Assembly (NCBI RefSeq): GCF_018350175.1
Contig: NC_058383.1
Coordinates: 9,736,001-9,800,000, forward strand
DNA length: 64,000 nt
Origin: Felis catus
Taxonomy: Eukaryota
Reading direction: 5' to 3'
A program made the translations under genes and the position numbers. Positions 1 through 13,927 of this stretch are shown here, one piece after another. A model generated the notes under the pieces. That model was not told the origin of the DNA. It worked only from the letters and a program-made list of their open reading frames with translations, and did not search any database. Every line of letters begins with the position of its first letter. The first letter of the stretch is position 1.

Positions 1-150
1 AAGCCCTGCGTCGGGCTCCATACTGACGGCTCAGAGCCTGGAGCCTACTTCAGATTCTGTGTCTCCCTCTCACTCTGCTCCTACCCCATTCATGCTCTGT
101 TTCTCTCTGTCTCAAAAATAAATAAACATAAATTAAAAAAAAAATTTAAA
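1..150 (+). mobile_element. CanSINE (SINEC_Fc) 3' part
   Basis: gagcctggagcct...gattctgtgtctccctct, CT tract, AATAAA/A tail; cut by window edge. Confidence 0.9.
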
Positions 151-1009
151 TGCAGCAAGAAACGCAGGGGGAGAGCTTGTATCTTAAAGCAGCATCTTCA
201 GCTTTGAGGAGGAAAATGGATTTTAAAATGAAGAACAAAGAATGGGCCAGGTAATTGCCAAGTTGAACAGCTTGAAACTCCATGAGGGGAGCTGTTTTGG
301 GGTTTCTGTGTGAAGGGAGGAAAGAGAAGATTCCAGATATATTGCCCCCTTCTCTGTCGCCCCCACCCCCAGGAAAAATGAGAGGGCCATGGGTTCCATG
401 CCTTTCCTTGCAGAAGCTTGGGGCAGGGGAGACCGTCACCAGGCTCGCTGCAACACCAGATCTAACTGAGAATGGTGTCGGGTGACACCTTGGCCCCACC
501 TGGCCTCCACAGGGAAAGAGAGGTCTGCTTATCCGGTGTGGTCACTGTGCCCTGCCCCCCAGGAGCCTCTGTGGTGGCCCAGGAGCTCATGGCCACTGAG
601 CACACTTCCCATGCACTGGATATCAATCATCCCATTTAATCCTGTCCACAACCCTAGGTCATCTCCAAAAGACAGGCACAGTGAGGGTAAGGTCCTTATC
701 TAGACCATACGGCTATATGTGGTCAAGCCAGAATCCTTGCTCTTACCAGGATGCTAGTTGAGCCAGATCCTAGGGGCCGGGCGAGGGGAGGAACGGTGAG
801 GTTGGCAGGATGAGAACTGGCAGGAGACTCTATAAAATAAAACCTGTTATACCCATAAGGACAGGTGTGTTATTTATTAATAAAATTAGCAATACAGGGA
901 ACTTTTTGGAGCCCAGAAAATTTCATGGGCATTCATAGTTTACTCTAGGTACTTGTCTCATGTTGTTTTTCATTTGATCCTTCATAACTTCTTGTGAGAG
1001 GGGTGTTTT

Positions 1010-1184
1010 GTTTTGTTTTTTTTATTTATTTTTTGAGAGAGAGAGCATGAGCCGGGGAGGGGCAGAGAGAGGGGGACAGAGGATCCGAAGTGGGCTCTGC
1101 GCTGACAGGCTGAAACTCACAAACCGTGAGGTCATGAACTGAGCTGAAGTTGGACATTCAATCGACTGAGCCACCCACGTGCTC
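1010..1184 (-). mobile_element. CanSINE with TSD tgagaggggtgtttt
   Basis: Antisense SINE body; direct repeats at 995-1009 and 1185-1199. Confidence 0.88.
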
Positions 1185-1558
1185 TGAGAGGGGTGTTTTT
1201 ATGCCCATTTTATGGAGCGAGAAACTGAAGCCCACAGAGTAAGATGCCTCAGGTTGTACGACGAGTGTGTATGTGAGCCTTGCTGTGTGTAGGGTATGGG
1301 TCTGATGGTTGTGGGCCAGTGGGGTTCTCAGAACAGAGGCGACCCCAGCCCAGGGGAGGGGCAGGAATCCCCAGCTTCATGAGGTCACAGGGTTATTTTT
1401 CCTAAATTTTATTATTCAAATCATGGATTCTAACAAATGCAAATGACATGTTTTTTTATTTAACATGTATATTATTTAATAAGCTTAATAATATAATAAT
1501 AATAACATATATATTATTTAATAAGCTCTGCCTCCATACTGATCCCATTTATTTACAA

Positions 1559-1974
1559 TTTTTAATGTTTACTTATTTTTTGAGAGAGAGAGCACAAGTG
1601 GGGGAGGGACAGAGAGAGAGGGGGACACAGACTCTGAAGCAGGTTCCAGGCTCTGGGCTGTCAGCACAGAGTCCAATGCAGGACTCAAACTCACAAGCTG
1701 TGACATTATGATCTGAGCTGCAGTTGGATGCTTAACGGACTGAGCCCCATTTATTTATTTTTTTTAATTTTTTTAACGTTTTTATTTATTATTTTTGAGA
1801 GATAGAGCGCAAGCAGGGGAGGGGCAGAGAGAGAGGGAGACACAGAATCCGAAGCGGGCTCCAGGCTCTGAGCTGTCAGCACAGAGCCCGACGCGAGGCT
1901 TGAAGCCACCAACCACAAGATCATGACTTGAACTAAAGTTGGATACACAACTGGCTGAGCCACCCAGGTGCCCC
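1559..1974 (-). mobile_element. Two adjacent antisense CanSINEs (~1559-1748, ~1750-1974)
   Basis: Two T-rich tail + gagagag + ctgagcc(acccaggtgcccc) units. Confidence 0.88.
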
Positions 1975-2221
1975 ATAATGTTGCCATTTATTAAAAGGAT
2001 GATGGCCACCTCTCGTGATGTTGGTGTATTTAGCAGTGGCAGAATTTTCCCCATGCATATGCTTCAAGAGCCTCCCTGGAAGTTTGGAAGAGTTCCTGGC
2101 CCTGAGCTGGACTTGGAAGGAGCCCAGGTTCCTGCCCTCAAAGGGTCAACCGGCCCAAGTAATCCCACCAGAGCTAGAGATGTTCAAGAAATACTGTGGG
2201 GAGCCTGACCCTTCATAGGTG

Positions 2222-2225
<4 letters not shown>

Positions 2226-2266
<41 letters not shown>
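2226..2266. repeat. (TG)n microsatellite
   Basis: About 20 TG units read directly. Confidence 0.95.
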
Positions 2267-2267
<1 letters not shown>

Positions 2268-3144
2268 TGCTAGGGGGAGAGAAAGAGAATGGACAGAGGT
2301 GGCCCTGTAGCCAGAGGAGCTGGCTCATGCAAAGGCCCTGTGGCAGGAGTAATGTGGGATGAGGCTGGAGTGGGTGGCAGGCCCTTGGGATCAGCCCCTT
2401 GAAAGCTGTGTATAGGGAGCTGGGTTTTTAAGAAGGGGGTGACCTGCCTGTGTTTATGAATGATCTCTCAGGTGGCAGGTGGGGAGTCTGGAGGTAAGGA
2501 AGCCACTGCCTCCAGCATCTCCCCACCTAAGACTGAGATACTATGACAGAAGTGGACCCTGATCCTAGAGTCCCTGCTGAGGCCTGCTGGGTGCTCAGCC
2601 TAGGAAGACTTCAGAGGAGAAGCAGCCTTGAGGGAGGCAAACAGGCAGGACAGAGTGGGCTTCACATCACCGTGACCCTGGGGGCCAGGGCAGTGAGGGC
2701 TGTGGAAATTCTAGCTCTTATCCCGGTCCCTTCCCCACCCCCCACAAGGGTCCTTTATCCCTTCCCGCAGGAAGATGTCCCCAGCCTCCTACACCCCTTC
2801 CCCCACTGCCCTTGGTGTTCCCTGGACACCTGCACCATCTTCTTATGCAGGTAACCCCCACATTGTCTTGAAATGACATGAAGGGTGGGCCCCTGGCTTT
2901 ATGTGTCTCAGTCATTATAGCACTTAGCCTGGTGTCATGCATACAGCAGGCACTTAATAAAGGTTTACTGGATGGAACTAGAAGGGAGCAGCCAGTAAGG
3001 GTTGCGTTCACATAAAGGGGGTGTCAAGGGCAGAAGGAGCAGCCAGGGAGGCAGGGGGTGTTGGGAAAGGGGCAGGTGAAAGGTGGCCCATGCAAAGAAA
3101 GGTGACAGCTGACAAAGAGAGGCAGATTCCAGAGGGGTCTGGAT

Positions 3145-3638
3145 CTGATTTGGTGAGCAACCAGAGAAAGAGAGCATTACAGATACAGATATGTTGATAT
3201 ATTGATATCACTGTATGTGTGTATGTATATGTATTGAGAGCGAGGGAGGGAGAGAAAGGAGGTATTTATTTAGAAGGAATTGGCTCATGCTGCCACTTGC
3301 AAGCTGGAGACCCCAGGAAAGGCAGTGGTGTAATTCGGTCTGAGTCTGAAGGCCCGAGAAGCAGGGAGCCCATGATGGAAATCCCAGTCCAAGGGTAGGA
3401 GACCAATGTCCCAGCTCAACCATCAGGCAGAAAAAAGAACAGAATTCTCCCTTTCTCCACCTTTTTGTTCTCTTTGGGCCCTCGACATTGGACAAGGACC
3501 ACACCGTGGAGGGCCTTCTTCTTTATTTACTCCGTCCATCAAATGCTAATCTTGTCCACAGATGCCCCTGGAAGTCGGTTAGTCAAACCTCTGGGCTCCC
3601 TGTGATCCAGTGAAGGTGAGACACGGACAAGCCGTCAC
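3145..3638 (-). mobile_element. MLT2-like (ERVL) solo LTR
   Basis: aaggaattggctca...gcaagctggagacc...gagtctgaaggcc and terminal ...gtcaca resemble the recalled MLT2 consensus. Confidence 0.7.
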
Positions 3639-5892
3639 ACCAGGATGGGCAATTCCAGAGTCAGTCCTAGTGCTGAGCACCTGCTGGGAGCCACCCTGTG
3701 GGCTTCTTTTTACATCGGTCCCTAAGCCCCCCAACAGTGGTTATTGCCCTGTCTGCAGGAGGAGAAACTAAGTCACGGCATCCACATCTAAACAGAGGCA
3801 AAACTCTTGGACACCCTTCCTCGGCAGGCATTGGGCTGCCAATACAAGTTTGCCTCTTTCCCACCTGAGGCCTTCGGTGATTTTCATCTCCATGCTGTGT
3901 CCTACCCCAGTGTAATTCTATTTTTGATGATCATTATTACCAACAGTGATAATTAACACATGTGCGGCTCTTTCATAGAAATGATAGCTAACTGTTGGGT
4001 AACATGAGATATACCAGGGAATCTTCTCTATGACGTGCATTGACTAGCCTCATTTTGTAGAAGGGGGAACTGAGGCAAAGAGAGGTTGCGTGACCTACAC
4101 AAGACCACACCTGACCGGGGTTCCGAGCCCAGGGTCTCATTTGACTTTCCCAGTGACCTGCCCCAGGCTGAATAGCAAGAAAAAGATGGAGGTGGGGACT
4201 TGAACTTGGGGGTTTTGACTGAAAAGCTTCTCCTCTGTAGCCTCTGCACTCTGCCTTCCAAATTCTGGGGTATTTTTGCTGTGTGTGTGGGAGGGGTGTC
4301 CTTGAAGACCCTCCCACTCTCCCTCCTTCTCCTGTGAGCCCAGCTCTTACAGGTGCCCCCAGCCTCACCTCCTGTGTAAGGAGCTGCCTCTTGCTAAATA
4401 GTTTTTGTACAGAGCCCATGTCCTGGCTTTTACAAAGAAATGTGTGTGATGAATAAGCATCCAAAAATAACTCAGGATCAATTTTTTGGGGGGTGTATGT
4501 GGAGGGCTGTGTTTTCCTTTCTCTTCCCTCCTCTCCCTCCCTCTGCCCCCAAGGCCCATAAATTGCTGCTGGTTGACAGCTGAGCCAGGCTGGCTTCCTG
4601 TAAGGCTGTAATAACATGGAATTAGCCTGGCTGCCGCCCCCCTCCAGCATGGAAATGCCAGTGCTTGGTCACTACAGACATCTCTGGGTTGCTACCTCCT
4701 GCCCTGATCTACACCCCGGGGATAGGTCTTTGCTTATTCGATGACTGGGCAGAGACAGGTTCCTGGACTTGTCCTCCTGGGAAGGGGCAACTGAGAGAGG
4801 CTGACAGCTTCTGGGCTGGGCCACTTGAGGGTGCCCAAAATTGCCGCCTCCAGGGAGGAGCCGGGCAGGCAGGGGCAGAGCTCTCTGGGAGCCCCGGGCT
4901 CCCTGAGTAGAGGTTTCCAGGCCGTCTGCTGACTCAGGGACTTGGCTGAGTGGCTCCCCTCTGTCTCAGTGCCTTCAGTGGGCCCCCTCAGCCCCGCTGG
5001 CCACCCACAGACTACCTGGAGAGGCTTTAGAAATCTAGCAGATCTTTGCTGCCCAGAACCCACCAGCTAAACACGGCATCCTAAGACCAGGCCGTTTTTC
5101 TTCCCCAGGAGAATCTATCTCGAAGAATGGGTATCGATGTCAGTGCCAGGGCAGGGCTGGGGGGAGATGTGCCAGGGCTTTTGCACGCTGCTCGGCTCTG
5201 CCTGGAATCCCTCTCTCCTCCTGTGATGTGAAATGTGCAGAGAGGGCCCACGGACACCCGTGTCTAACAGGGCCCGGGGCGTGGCAGCGCAAAGAGGGAA
5301 AAGAAATCTGCAAAGCGTTCTCGCATATGCTGAGCCTTTGGCCAAGGAGTGGAAAATTCCAGGTGGAGCTCGGAAATCCCCAGTGTAGACTGGTAAGGGA
5401 AGTGCAGCACTTCCTTGTCTCCTGTCCCCTGTGGCTTGAGCCAGGACAGGCCGGGGCAGGGGTGGGGGGGAGGGCGCTGCTGAGCTGAGCACTGGCTACT
5501 GTTGTGCACTTGTTCCCAGTCTTGACTGCACCCCAGCATCTCCTGAGGGGAGCTTTAAAATGCTGATCCCAGGCTGTCCCCACGCCAGTGACATCAGCAC
5601 CCCCTGGGGCGGGGGTCAGGCCTCTCGGGGTGGTTGAGATGTGGGTGTGTCTCCGGGCTGGAGGGCCGAAGCTGGCTTTTCGTCCACACTCTGCCTTGCT
5701 TCTTCTGATCTCTCGAATTCAGAGGTGGGCACGGTGGGCACGGCCGAGCTTCCTACAAAACAGGGGCTTGGTGAGTACTGTGAAGGGCTGCTGTGCTGTG
5801 GATGAGGATAGAGAATGATTTAGGCCACATTTCAACGGCCAGAAGCATTCAGAAAGTGCTTTCCATGATGGCATTGAGAAATGGCCCTTATA

Positions 5893-6049
5893 GGGGCGCC
5901 TGGGTGGCTCAGTCGGTTGAGTGTCTGACTTCGGCTCAGGTCATGATCTCACAGTTCACGGGTTCCAGCCCCTTGTGGGACTCTGTGTGGAGCCTGCTTG
6001 GGATTCTCTCTCCTTCTTTCTGCCCCCCAACCCCGCTCATGCACACATG

Positions 6050-6085
<36 letters not shown>

Positions 6086-6155
6086 CTCGCTCTTGCTCTC
6101 TCCCTCTCAAAATAAATAAAGTTTAAAAAATAAAATTAAGTAAAAAATTAAAATT
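5893..6155 (+). mobile_element. CanSINE
   Basis: ggggcgcctgggtggctcagtcggttgag head, (CT)n, A tail. Confidence 0.92.
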
Positions 6156-8096
6156 AAGACAGAACTTCCCCTTGGCCCATCCTCTTTAAGCCCCACTGCC
6201 TTCCCCTGGGCTTGCCCTGAGCTAGGTTCTTGACCTTGAGACCCAGCAAGTCTCCCAAATGGCCCTGCTGGCTCCCTTGACTCACACACAGGTGACTCCC
6301 AAATCTGTGTGTCTGGGCCCTCGCGGCCCACACTGCAGTATGTCCATTGCCAACCACACGGCCAACCAGCAGCATAGACTTGAGGTACTGACAACCAGGG
6401 GTGTCACCTGCCTCCCTGGAAAACAGGGCCCTTGTCCTGATTCCTCCTGGTTCTTAACGGCACCCCTTCCTCCCAGTGCCCAGGGTCAGATCTTCCTCTG
6501 CCCCTCCTCCGTCCCTACAGCAAGTCTGTCTCCTGTTCCCTTCCGGAAACCATGGCCGAAATCCTGGCTCCTGTCTTCCCGGCTCCCCGCCGCAGCCCCT
6601 GACCACCTGGCCCCACTCCGGATGGGCATCGGAGAATCTGCCGGGACTACAGGAGCCATCCCCCTGCCCAGCCTCTGCCACTTGACTCTCCTGCACCCAC
6701 ACCAGGTACCCCAGCTGGCCTCAGCCTGAGCTCCACAAGCAAGGAGGCTCTCAGTCCTGCTTTACTTCCGGAGTCCGTCCTTGCCTCTAACTACTTGGCG
6801 GCCGTCTGCCTTTCTGTTGCCCACATGTGAGCCTGGGTTCTAGCTGGGACTCCCTCTCCCTCCCTGTGTATCTGCCTGGGGACACGGCTCTGCTTCACGT
6901 GGATCTAGAACACAGTTGGCTTGTTGCCCTGCCACCCCTGGTCACCCTGCCCTGCTGCCCTGTCCCCCTGCGCATGCTGTGCCTGATTGTCCCCAGCCTC
7001 CAGTCTCCCTTCAGGGCTTCGTCCCCACACTGCTCTCCTGGGACCCCACCGGAGCGCAGTGGCCCATGGAAGTACGTGGGGCAGTCCCTGTGCCCCGGGC
7101 AGCGGGGGCCCGGTAGCAGCCTGGCATTGCCTGGCCCATCTCGTTCACCTGACTGAATTCCTGAACCCTCTGGGCACCCTGCTGGTTTGGTCCCTTTGAA
7201 ACTGCTATCTGCCCATTCCTCCGCCCTTTACGTGTATCCCTTCCTCCGGAGAGAAACACATTTCTGGGATGGCTCAGGTGCTGCAGCGGCCAAAGCTCTA
7301 AAGGGAGCCACTGGTAGGCAGGACTGGAAGCAGAATTCTAGATTTTGAGGTCCGTGGATGATAAAACTGGGACTAAGCCACACGGGTTCATGCACACTCG
7401 GTGTCAGAGTGGGAGAGGTGCCCCGGGCCTCTGGTTCTTTCTTCTAGGAGAACCCCGGCCCTTTCCCTGCCCAGGAGGGTACATTTCCAGGCACCTTCTG
7501 TAGTAGGCTGCACTCCCAGGCTCCTGAGTGTGTCTCTGGGTCCCAGAGGGGGCCTGATGATTGCAGAGCACTTGACCTCCCCTAGCACTAAGTGGCAATT
7601 CAGGCCTCATCTCATTACTCATTTATGCTGCAGGTCCCCTGGGGTAGCTCTGACATCCCCGGCTGCGACCCAGAGAGTGCCCTGGGGGAGACACGGCCCA
7701 GCTGATGGAGAGGCTCCCGTAGCCTTACTCCTGGATGGCTGATGGACTGTCCGTGAACAGCGATCCGCGTTTTTGCCACGGCGAGTTTGTCCTGGGAAGG
7801 TGGGCCATGGACGTGGAGGGTGGGGGGAGTGGAGAGTCTGCGCTAGAAGAGCTGTGGAGTCACATCTGTGTGACCTTGGGTGTCACCGACGTCTCCGTAG
7901 CCCACCGTCTGTGTCGGGGGCAGGGAACAGACAGGACAACACAGGCAGAGCATCTTGTCCGGTGCCTGGCAGGTGCGTTCCTTGCTCCTTCGAGCACTGT
8001 GACGGGCAGAGCACTGCACAGACGCTTATTAAGTTTAGTGCAGGCTCAACAACACACATCGCGATCATACTTCAGCAACTAAGTATTTATTTAAAG

Positions 8097-8141
8097 TTTT
8101 TTTTTATTTTGAGATAGAGACACACACACAGAGTGGTGGGG

Positions 8142-8185
<44 letters not shown>

Positions 8186-8310
8186 CCCAAGCAGGCTCCA
8201 CACTGTCAGCACGGAGCCTGATGTGGGGCTCGAACTCACGAACCCTGAGAACATGACCCGAGCGGAAACCAAGTGTCAGATGCTTAACTCACTGAGCCAC
8301 CCAGTGCCCC
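8097..8310 (-). mobile_element. CanSINE
   Basis: Antisense body with (AG)n. Confidence 0.88.
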
Positions 8311-9252
8311 CTAAGTCTTCACTGAGTGGCTGCTCAGAGCCCTTGCAAGGATTTGGTGGTACCGTGCCTACTCCAAGCTCCTAATGGGGATTTGGGAGAT
8401 TACCAGCCCTGCTTGGGCCGCCTGGTGAACGTCAACACACAGGTGGCTGGTCTAGATGAGAAGGAGAATTGGTGGCCTGTCAACAGCGGCTCCTGCAGAC
8501 CCAGCACTTACTTGGCTGTGACGTGAGCCCAGGACTCTGATGAGTTGAGCCGCTAATATGACCTGGTTCTTTGAGACCACAAAGGATGAGGCTTCTGGGG
8601 GCAGTAGTCAGAAAGCAGAGATCCAGAGCTCGGTGGAAACATCCAGCTGGGTGGGAAACCTACGTGCCACCAACTGCCCCTGCCAGCCTGGGGCTTCCCC
8701 ATTTTACAGTCACCAGTATCTGGATACTGCTGAGGGGTTCCTGGAAAACGCATTTTACACCCTGAAAGCAAATAGCTAGGATTCTGTGTACGCTAAGAGG
8801 TGTATGCTCCAGGAGGTCAAGATAGAGACAGACTTACCAGTGGTTCCACCTGAAGGGTTTTGGCAAGAAAATGTTGAAATGGAAGCTGGAGCCTGTTTGT
8901 AACCTTCAGCAGCACCATGGGAGCTGGGGATTCGAGTCTCTGCATAGCCGTTCGTTCTCCTTCCCGGCACTTTCTTAACCCTGGCGACCCCATCTGCATT
9001 CTCTCCTTGTCTTTGACTTCGCCTCATCCCCCTGTGTGGCTCTGGGATTTTCCTGGCCATGCCCTCAAATCCCGTTCATTGCCCACAGCTCCCTGCCTAA
9101 GTTGCCATCATGTTCTGTCCACCTGGTGTCTTACAGTCGATATTTATTTTAACTTTGGTTTCAGAATGTGGGACATCTGGGACAATGCCAGGTGTCTCTA
9201 ATATATAGGCCTGTTCTGTGTGTTCATGACCAAAACCTACGTGAGTCATTTC

Positions 9253-9458
9253 TTTTTTTTTTTTTAAGTTTATTTATTTATTTTGAGAGAGAACGAGCAT
9301 GAGCGGAGGAGAGGCAGAGGGAGAATCCCAAGCAGGCTCCACACGGCCAGCGCAGAGCCCAACACGGGGCCCGAACCCACAAACCATGAGATCATATGAC
9401 AAACCGTGAGACAAAATCAAGAGTCGGATGCTTAACCGACTGAGCCTCCCAGGTGCCC
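9253..9458 (-). mobile_element. CanSINE
   Basis: Antisense body and poly-T. Confidence 0.88.
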
Positions 9459-10219
9459 TGGAGCCTACACTTCCTTCTTTAATACTCACTGTTATTATGC
9501 AAGTAATAATATTTCAGTTCATCCTCCTTATAAAATACTAAAACACTGAGGCAAAGCTAAGAACCTTTGACCTCCCCTCCCCCCATCTCAGTGCCTTCCT
9601 CAGGTATCAGTGGCACACCCTTTCTTCTGCAACACCTCACCTGCAGAATAGGTGTTGTCGTAATACCTGCTCTATCCGCCTTACCTGATGGTTTAAGGGT
9701 CCAACGAGAGAAGGGACAGAAGGGCATTTCGTGAACCTCACAGCCCTCTGCGTATGCTTGTTGTTAGTGGTAGCACAGTGACATACGTTATCTAAGGCCC
9801 TTTTTTAAGGGAAGATTGTTTGGTCGAAACTTCATTACTGGGAATTAAGGGACTCTCGCACTTCTAACGTACTCTCTAAGGTCCAGCCCAGAGCCTGGCA
9901 GCCCAGACCATCTGTGTGGGACGGATTTGTAGGGCTAGGCTGCAGAACCGCGGTTCTCCAGTAGGTGTCACCCTCCACCAGGACTCATGGGCCTCCTGGG
10001 TCCATTCCATACTTTTTCGTTGTCAAAGGTGATGTGGGTATGGAATTCTGGCGGCGGGGCAGGATGTAAGGCCAGTAAGGCCCAGCCTGTGCCTGAAGGA
10101 GCCCACAGGTGAGCAGGGAGAGCCCAGGGCACGGACCATCCCATCCCAGGCTGATCCAGGCTGTACACACACAGGGGCTGTCTGTTGTGGGAACCTACTC
10201 CAGTGGCCAGCTATGTGTG

Positions 10220-10800
10220 GATGGGTCTGGGATGGCTTCACAGAGGTGACATCTGAGATGGGTCCTGAAGGGTGAGAAAGAATCTTCCAAGTGGAAGAAG
10301 TAGGAAGGGCATTCCAGGAGCATCCTGAGCACATGTGAGCGGTTTGATGGGCCAGGACCTCCTTGATGGGGTGGAGGGGGGAGGGGGGCTGGGGGAATAC
10401 AGTAGAATGGAGATGGGGCCAGATCAGTAGGGACCTTGAGTGTCAAATGAACTATGGAAAGGTTTGGGGATTTTTGTTTTCCCATTTGGGGTGGGCCAGT
10501 GAGGAGCTGCAGTTACATGTGTGGAGATGAATCTGATGGGAAGAGACTGGAGGCAGGGAGGCCAGTTGGGAGGCTGTTGTTCAAAGTCTCAGCCAGCGGA
10601 GGAGCCGTCCGTATTGGAAGAGAAGACATCGACTGGAAGCTATTTGCAAGAAAGAACTGCATGGATGTGGAATCTTGATTACATGGGGTGGGAGTAGGCT
10701 GTTGTTAGTGGACGAATAAGGCTGACTTCGAAGTTTCTAGCTCCAGCAACTAAGCAGAGGTGGAACCGTTAGATGAGACAGAAAACACAGAAGAAGCAGG
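10220..10800 (-). mobile_element. Old L2-like fragment
   Basis: gaggtgacatctgagatgggtcctgaagg and agactggaggcagggaggccagttgggaggctgttg motifs typical of L2. Confidence 0.55.
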
Positions 10801-11480
10801 CTGTGAAAAGATGGGGGGAAACAAGACTATATCTTTAGACTCCTTGAGTGTGAGATGCCTGGGGGTCTGAGCCCCTCCCCCTCCCCCCATAGGTGGAAAT
10901 GCCCAGTAGGCCACTGGATGCAGTGGCCTGGAGCTGGTGGAGAAAGGACAGAGTAGCAGCCGAGGGCCTCGGCATTCTTACATCCGAACCCCGTTTCTCT
11001 TCCTGTCCAATTTACTAAAAGAGGCTCCCCCAGCCTGAGCCGGTGGCCCATAGCCTCGTGGGCTTCCTCATGGCACAACCACTGCAGAAGGGGGGGGGGA
11101 GTCCCCAGGTAGGCCCCTGCTTCTCCCCCTCTTCTCCAAGTCTGAACCCATCTGCCCAAGAGCAGTGGTAGGAAGAAGGGCAGGCACCCAAAGGTGTTCA
11201 TGTGCTGAGTGGGCCTGGCAGGGTGATGGGTTAGTGACAGCAGAGAAGCTCAGCCTCTTTAAAGACGCTGTTTGCGTGTGTGTGAGCGTGTGTGTGTGCG
11301 TGTGCATTTATGCATATACATGCATGTGGGGACTTGCTTATTTGCCACCGCTCCCACCCCCCACCCCCACCTCCTGGCCAGCCTCCTCTGCTGTCACGTG
11401 AGCAGCTCCCCAGCGAGGAAGTCTATAGGCAGGGCAGCCCGGAGGCAGCCATGGTATCAGTCCCCACTGACCCTCGGGCA

Positions 11481-11941
11481 GCCTATTGGTTTCCCGTGTT
11501 TGCTGGAACAAAGGATCATAAACTTGGTGGCTAAAACAACAGAAACTTATTTTCTCCCAGCCCTGGAAGCCAGAAGTCTAATACCAGTGTTTTTTGGCCA
11601 AAATCAAGGTGTTGACAGGGGCCATACTCCTTCTAGAGACTCTAGGAGGAGACCTGTGCCTTGCCTGTTCAAGCTTCTGGAGGCCACCAGCATTTCTTAG
11701 CTTGTGGCCGCATCATCCTGACCTCTGCTATGCTACCTTGCCTTTTCTGTGCGTCAGATCTCCCTGTTAGAAGGGACACATGTGATTGCTCTAGGATCTA
11801 CCCAGATAATTCCAGGACTATCGCCCCATCTCAGAATCCTAGACTTAATCACATGTGATATCTTTGCCACAGATGGTTGTATTTATAGGTTCCAGGGATT
11901 AGGACCTTTTCTCTTTGGGGACCACCATTCAGCCCACTACA
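11481..11941 (-). mobile_element. MLT1-like (MaLR) solo LTR
   Basis: aaacttggtggctaaaacaacagaaacttatttt...ggaagccagaagtc...attcagcccactaca. Confidence 0.75.
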
Positions 11942-13840
11942 GGCAAAGTCTGGGAAAGTTCTTTCATTTGACCCTTACTGCCTGTGTGCAAAGTAGGCGT
12001 CACTATCCCCAGTTTCATGAGAAAATGGGCTTTGCCAGCTAGGATGCCAGGAACTATTAGGAGACTTTGATCTGTTGAGTTCATAGTATTTTTTTTAAAC
12101 ATATGAAAGCTTTTTTTTTTTTTTTTTTTAAGAAAGAAGATGTTGGCACATTTCATCAGGCCGCAGATTAACCCCAAACTCACCTGCAGCCCAAACTGAG
12201 GGTTCGACAGAGAGACCCTGGCCCAGAGAACCATTACCTGAAGCTGAGGGCCCCTTAACTGAGCTCCAGAGCCAGGAAATGAAAATACTCCCCACAGTGA
12301 AAGCCCCATCCGTTCCTCTCCTTCTATTTTTACATCTTTTATATCATGCTGTTCTCACATCCCCCTAAGGAGGCAGGCTAAGAAACAGTCCCTATTTCAC
12401 AGATTGAGAACTCAGATTTAAAGGGGAGGGGGCCCTCCTAGTCAGGCCAGCAGGCCCTGGGGCCAGGATGGGGCACTTACTAGTGCTGCCTTCCTGGCCC
12501 CTTGGTATGGGGCCAGAGGGTCAGGGTTGTGCATGGGTCCTGCCACCTGTTCATTGGAAAGGGTTTAGAAGCTGGGGCTCAGGGTAGCCTGGGAAGCTCT
12601 TTTTGGCTTGGGCTGCACTGTCCTAATTGGGGGTTCTCCTGCCCCCATTCCTTGCCAGATGCGTGACCTGGAGGAAATCACTCCCCTGCTGCGAGTCTCA
12701 GTTTCCTCACCTGGGTAAAGCAGGGTTGGTGTAAGTGGACTCCGGTCCCTGCTGACTCGGTTTGTGCCCCAAACCTCTCTGCTCATCGGAGGATTTGAAG
12801 CAGCTTGTGTTGAAACCATAGGCTTTTCCTGGAGACTGTGGCCCAAAAGAGCATTTGCCAGGGGCCCTTTGCTGCCACCAGCTGTGTCTCCTGCAGAGAG
12901 GAGTGTCTGCCTCCCGTTTCGCGAAGGGCAGGCGAGGCATTAAGGAGTGGAAGGTTCCGCGATTCTGGCTTGAGAGAAAGCTCTGCGCTCAGGGCAGACG
13001 GCATTGAGAAGCCAGTTTCCCTCACCCCCGGAAGGGCTGGCTCGGGCTCCCTTGAGCCGGGCCGCAGAACCTTCCGGGGATACCTGTTCCACTTCCTTCC
13101 ATTCGCCCGTCTGTTTGCAGACCCCAGACTCATCTGGGCGTCCCCTCCGGATTAGCCGCAGGAGGCAAACTGGCTCTGAATTCCGCCTTTGTGCGGGGAA
13201 GCCAAGTGGGGAGGGGCCGAGCGGACCCCCTGCCCCCACTGGAATGTCGGCTCGCTGCGCCCCCATCTCGCTCCTTTTCAGCCGCCTCCCCCGCTCACTT
13301 CCTGAGTCCCACCGATCCCACCACCAAAACGCGCACCCGCGCGCGCGCGCGCACATACACACACCCAAACACGCTCACCCTCAAACACACTTCCTGGCGG
13401 GCCTGGCTGTCTCGCTCCCCGCTCGGCGATCCCCGCAGCCAGGGCTCCGGGAGAAGCGACCTTTTGTTATTCAAATCACACCCTCGCCGCGCGCCCGGGC
13501 CGCAGGCTCCGGCCCCGGGGATCCGTCCTTTGCCCGCACCGCCGTCCCCCCCCCCCCTCCAACCCCGATCCTCGCGCGCCCCCGCGCCCCCCACCGCGGC
13601 GCCACCAGCTGATCGAGGGACTCCCCGGCCCCCAGGGGGCTCGGCCGTGCAGTCTGCCCGCCGAGCCGCGCCTCCCCCGCCCCCGGTGCGCGCTGCGGCT
13701 CCGCGCTCGGCCCCCTCCCCCTCCCCCTCCCCGCCTCCCCTCCCCCTTCCCTTCCTTTCTCCGGTCCAGCCTCGGTCCTGCCGCCGCCGCCGCCGCCTTC
13801 CCCGGTCCGCGGGGGCCCTGCCGGCCGCCCTCCCCGCAGC

Positions 13841-13864
13841 ATGGCACCATCCGGGCGGAATTAG
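13841..13864 (+). promoter_or_regulatory. Upstream ORF (MAPSGRN*) in the putative exon 1b 5' UTR
   Basis: agcATGG strong Kozak context, TAG at 13862-13864; assumes transcription starts upstream of 13841. Confidence 0.5.
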
Positions 13865-13927
13865 CCGGGAGCAGCATTTGGGGGAAGCGGGATCTCAAGG
13901 GGTGGGGGGTGCCCCGCAGCCTCGGTC

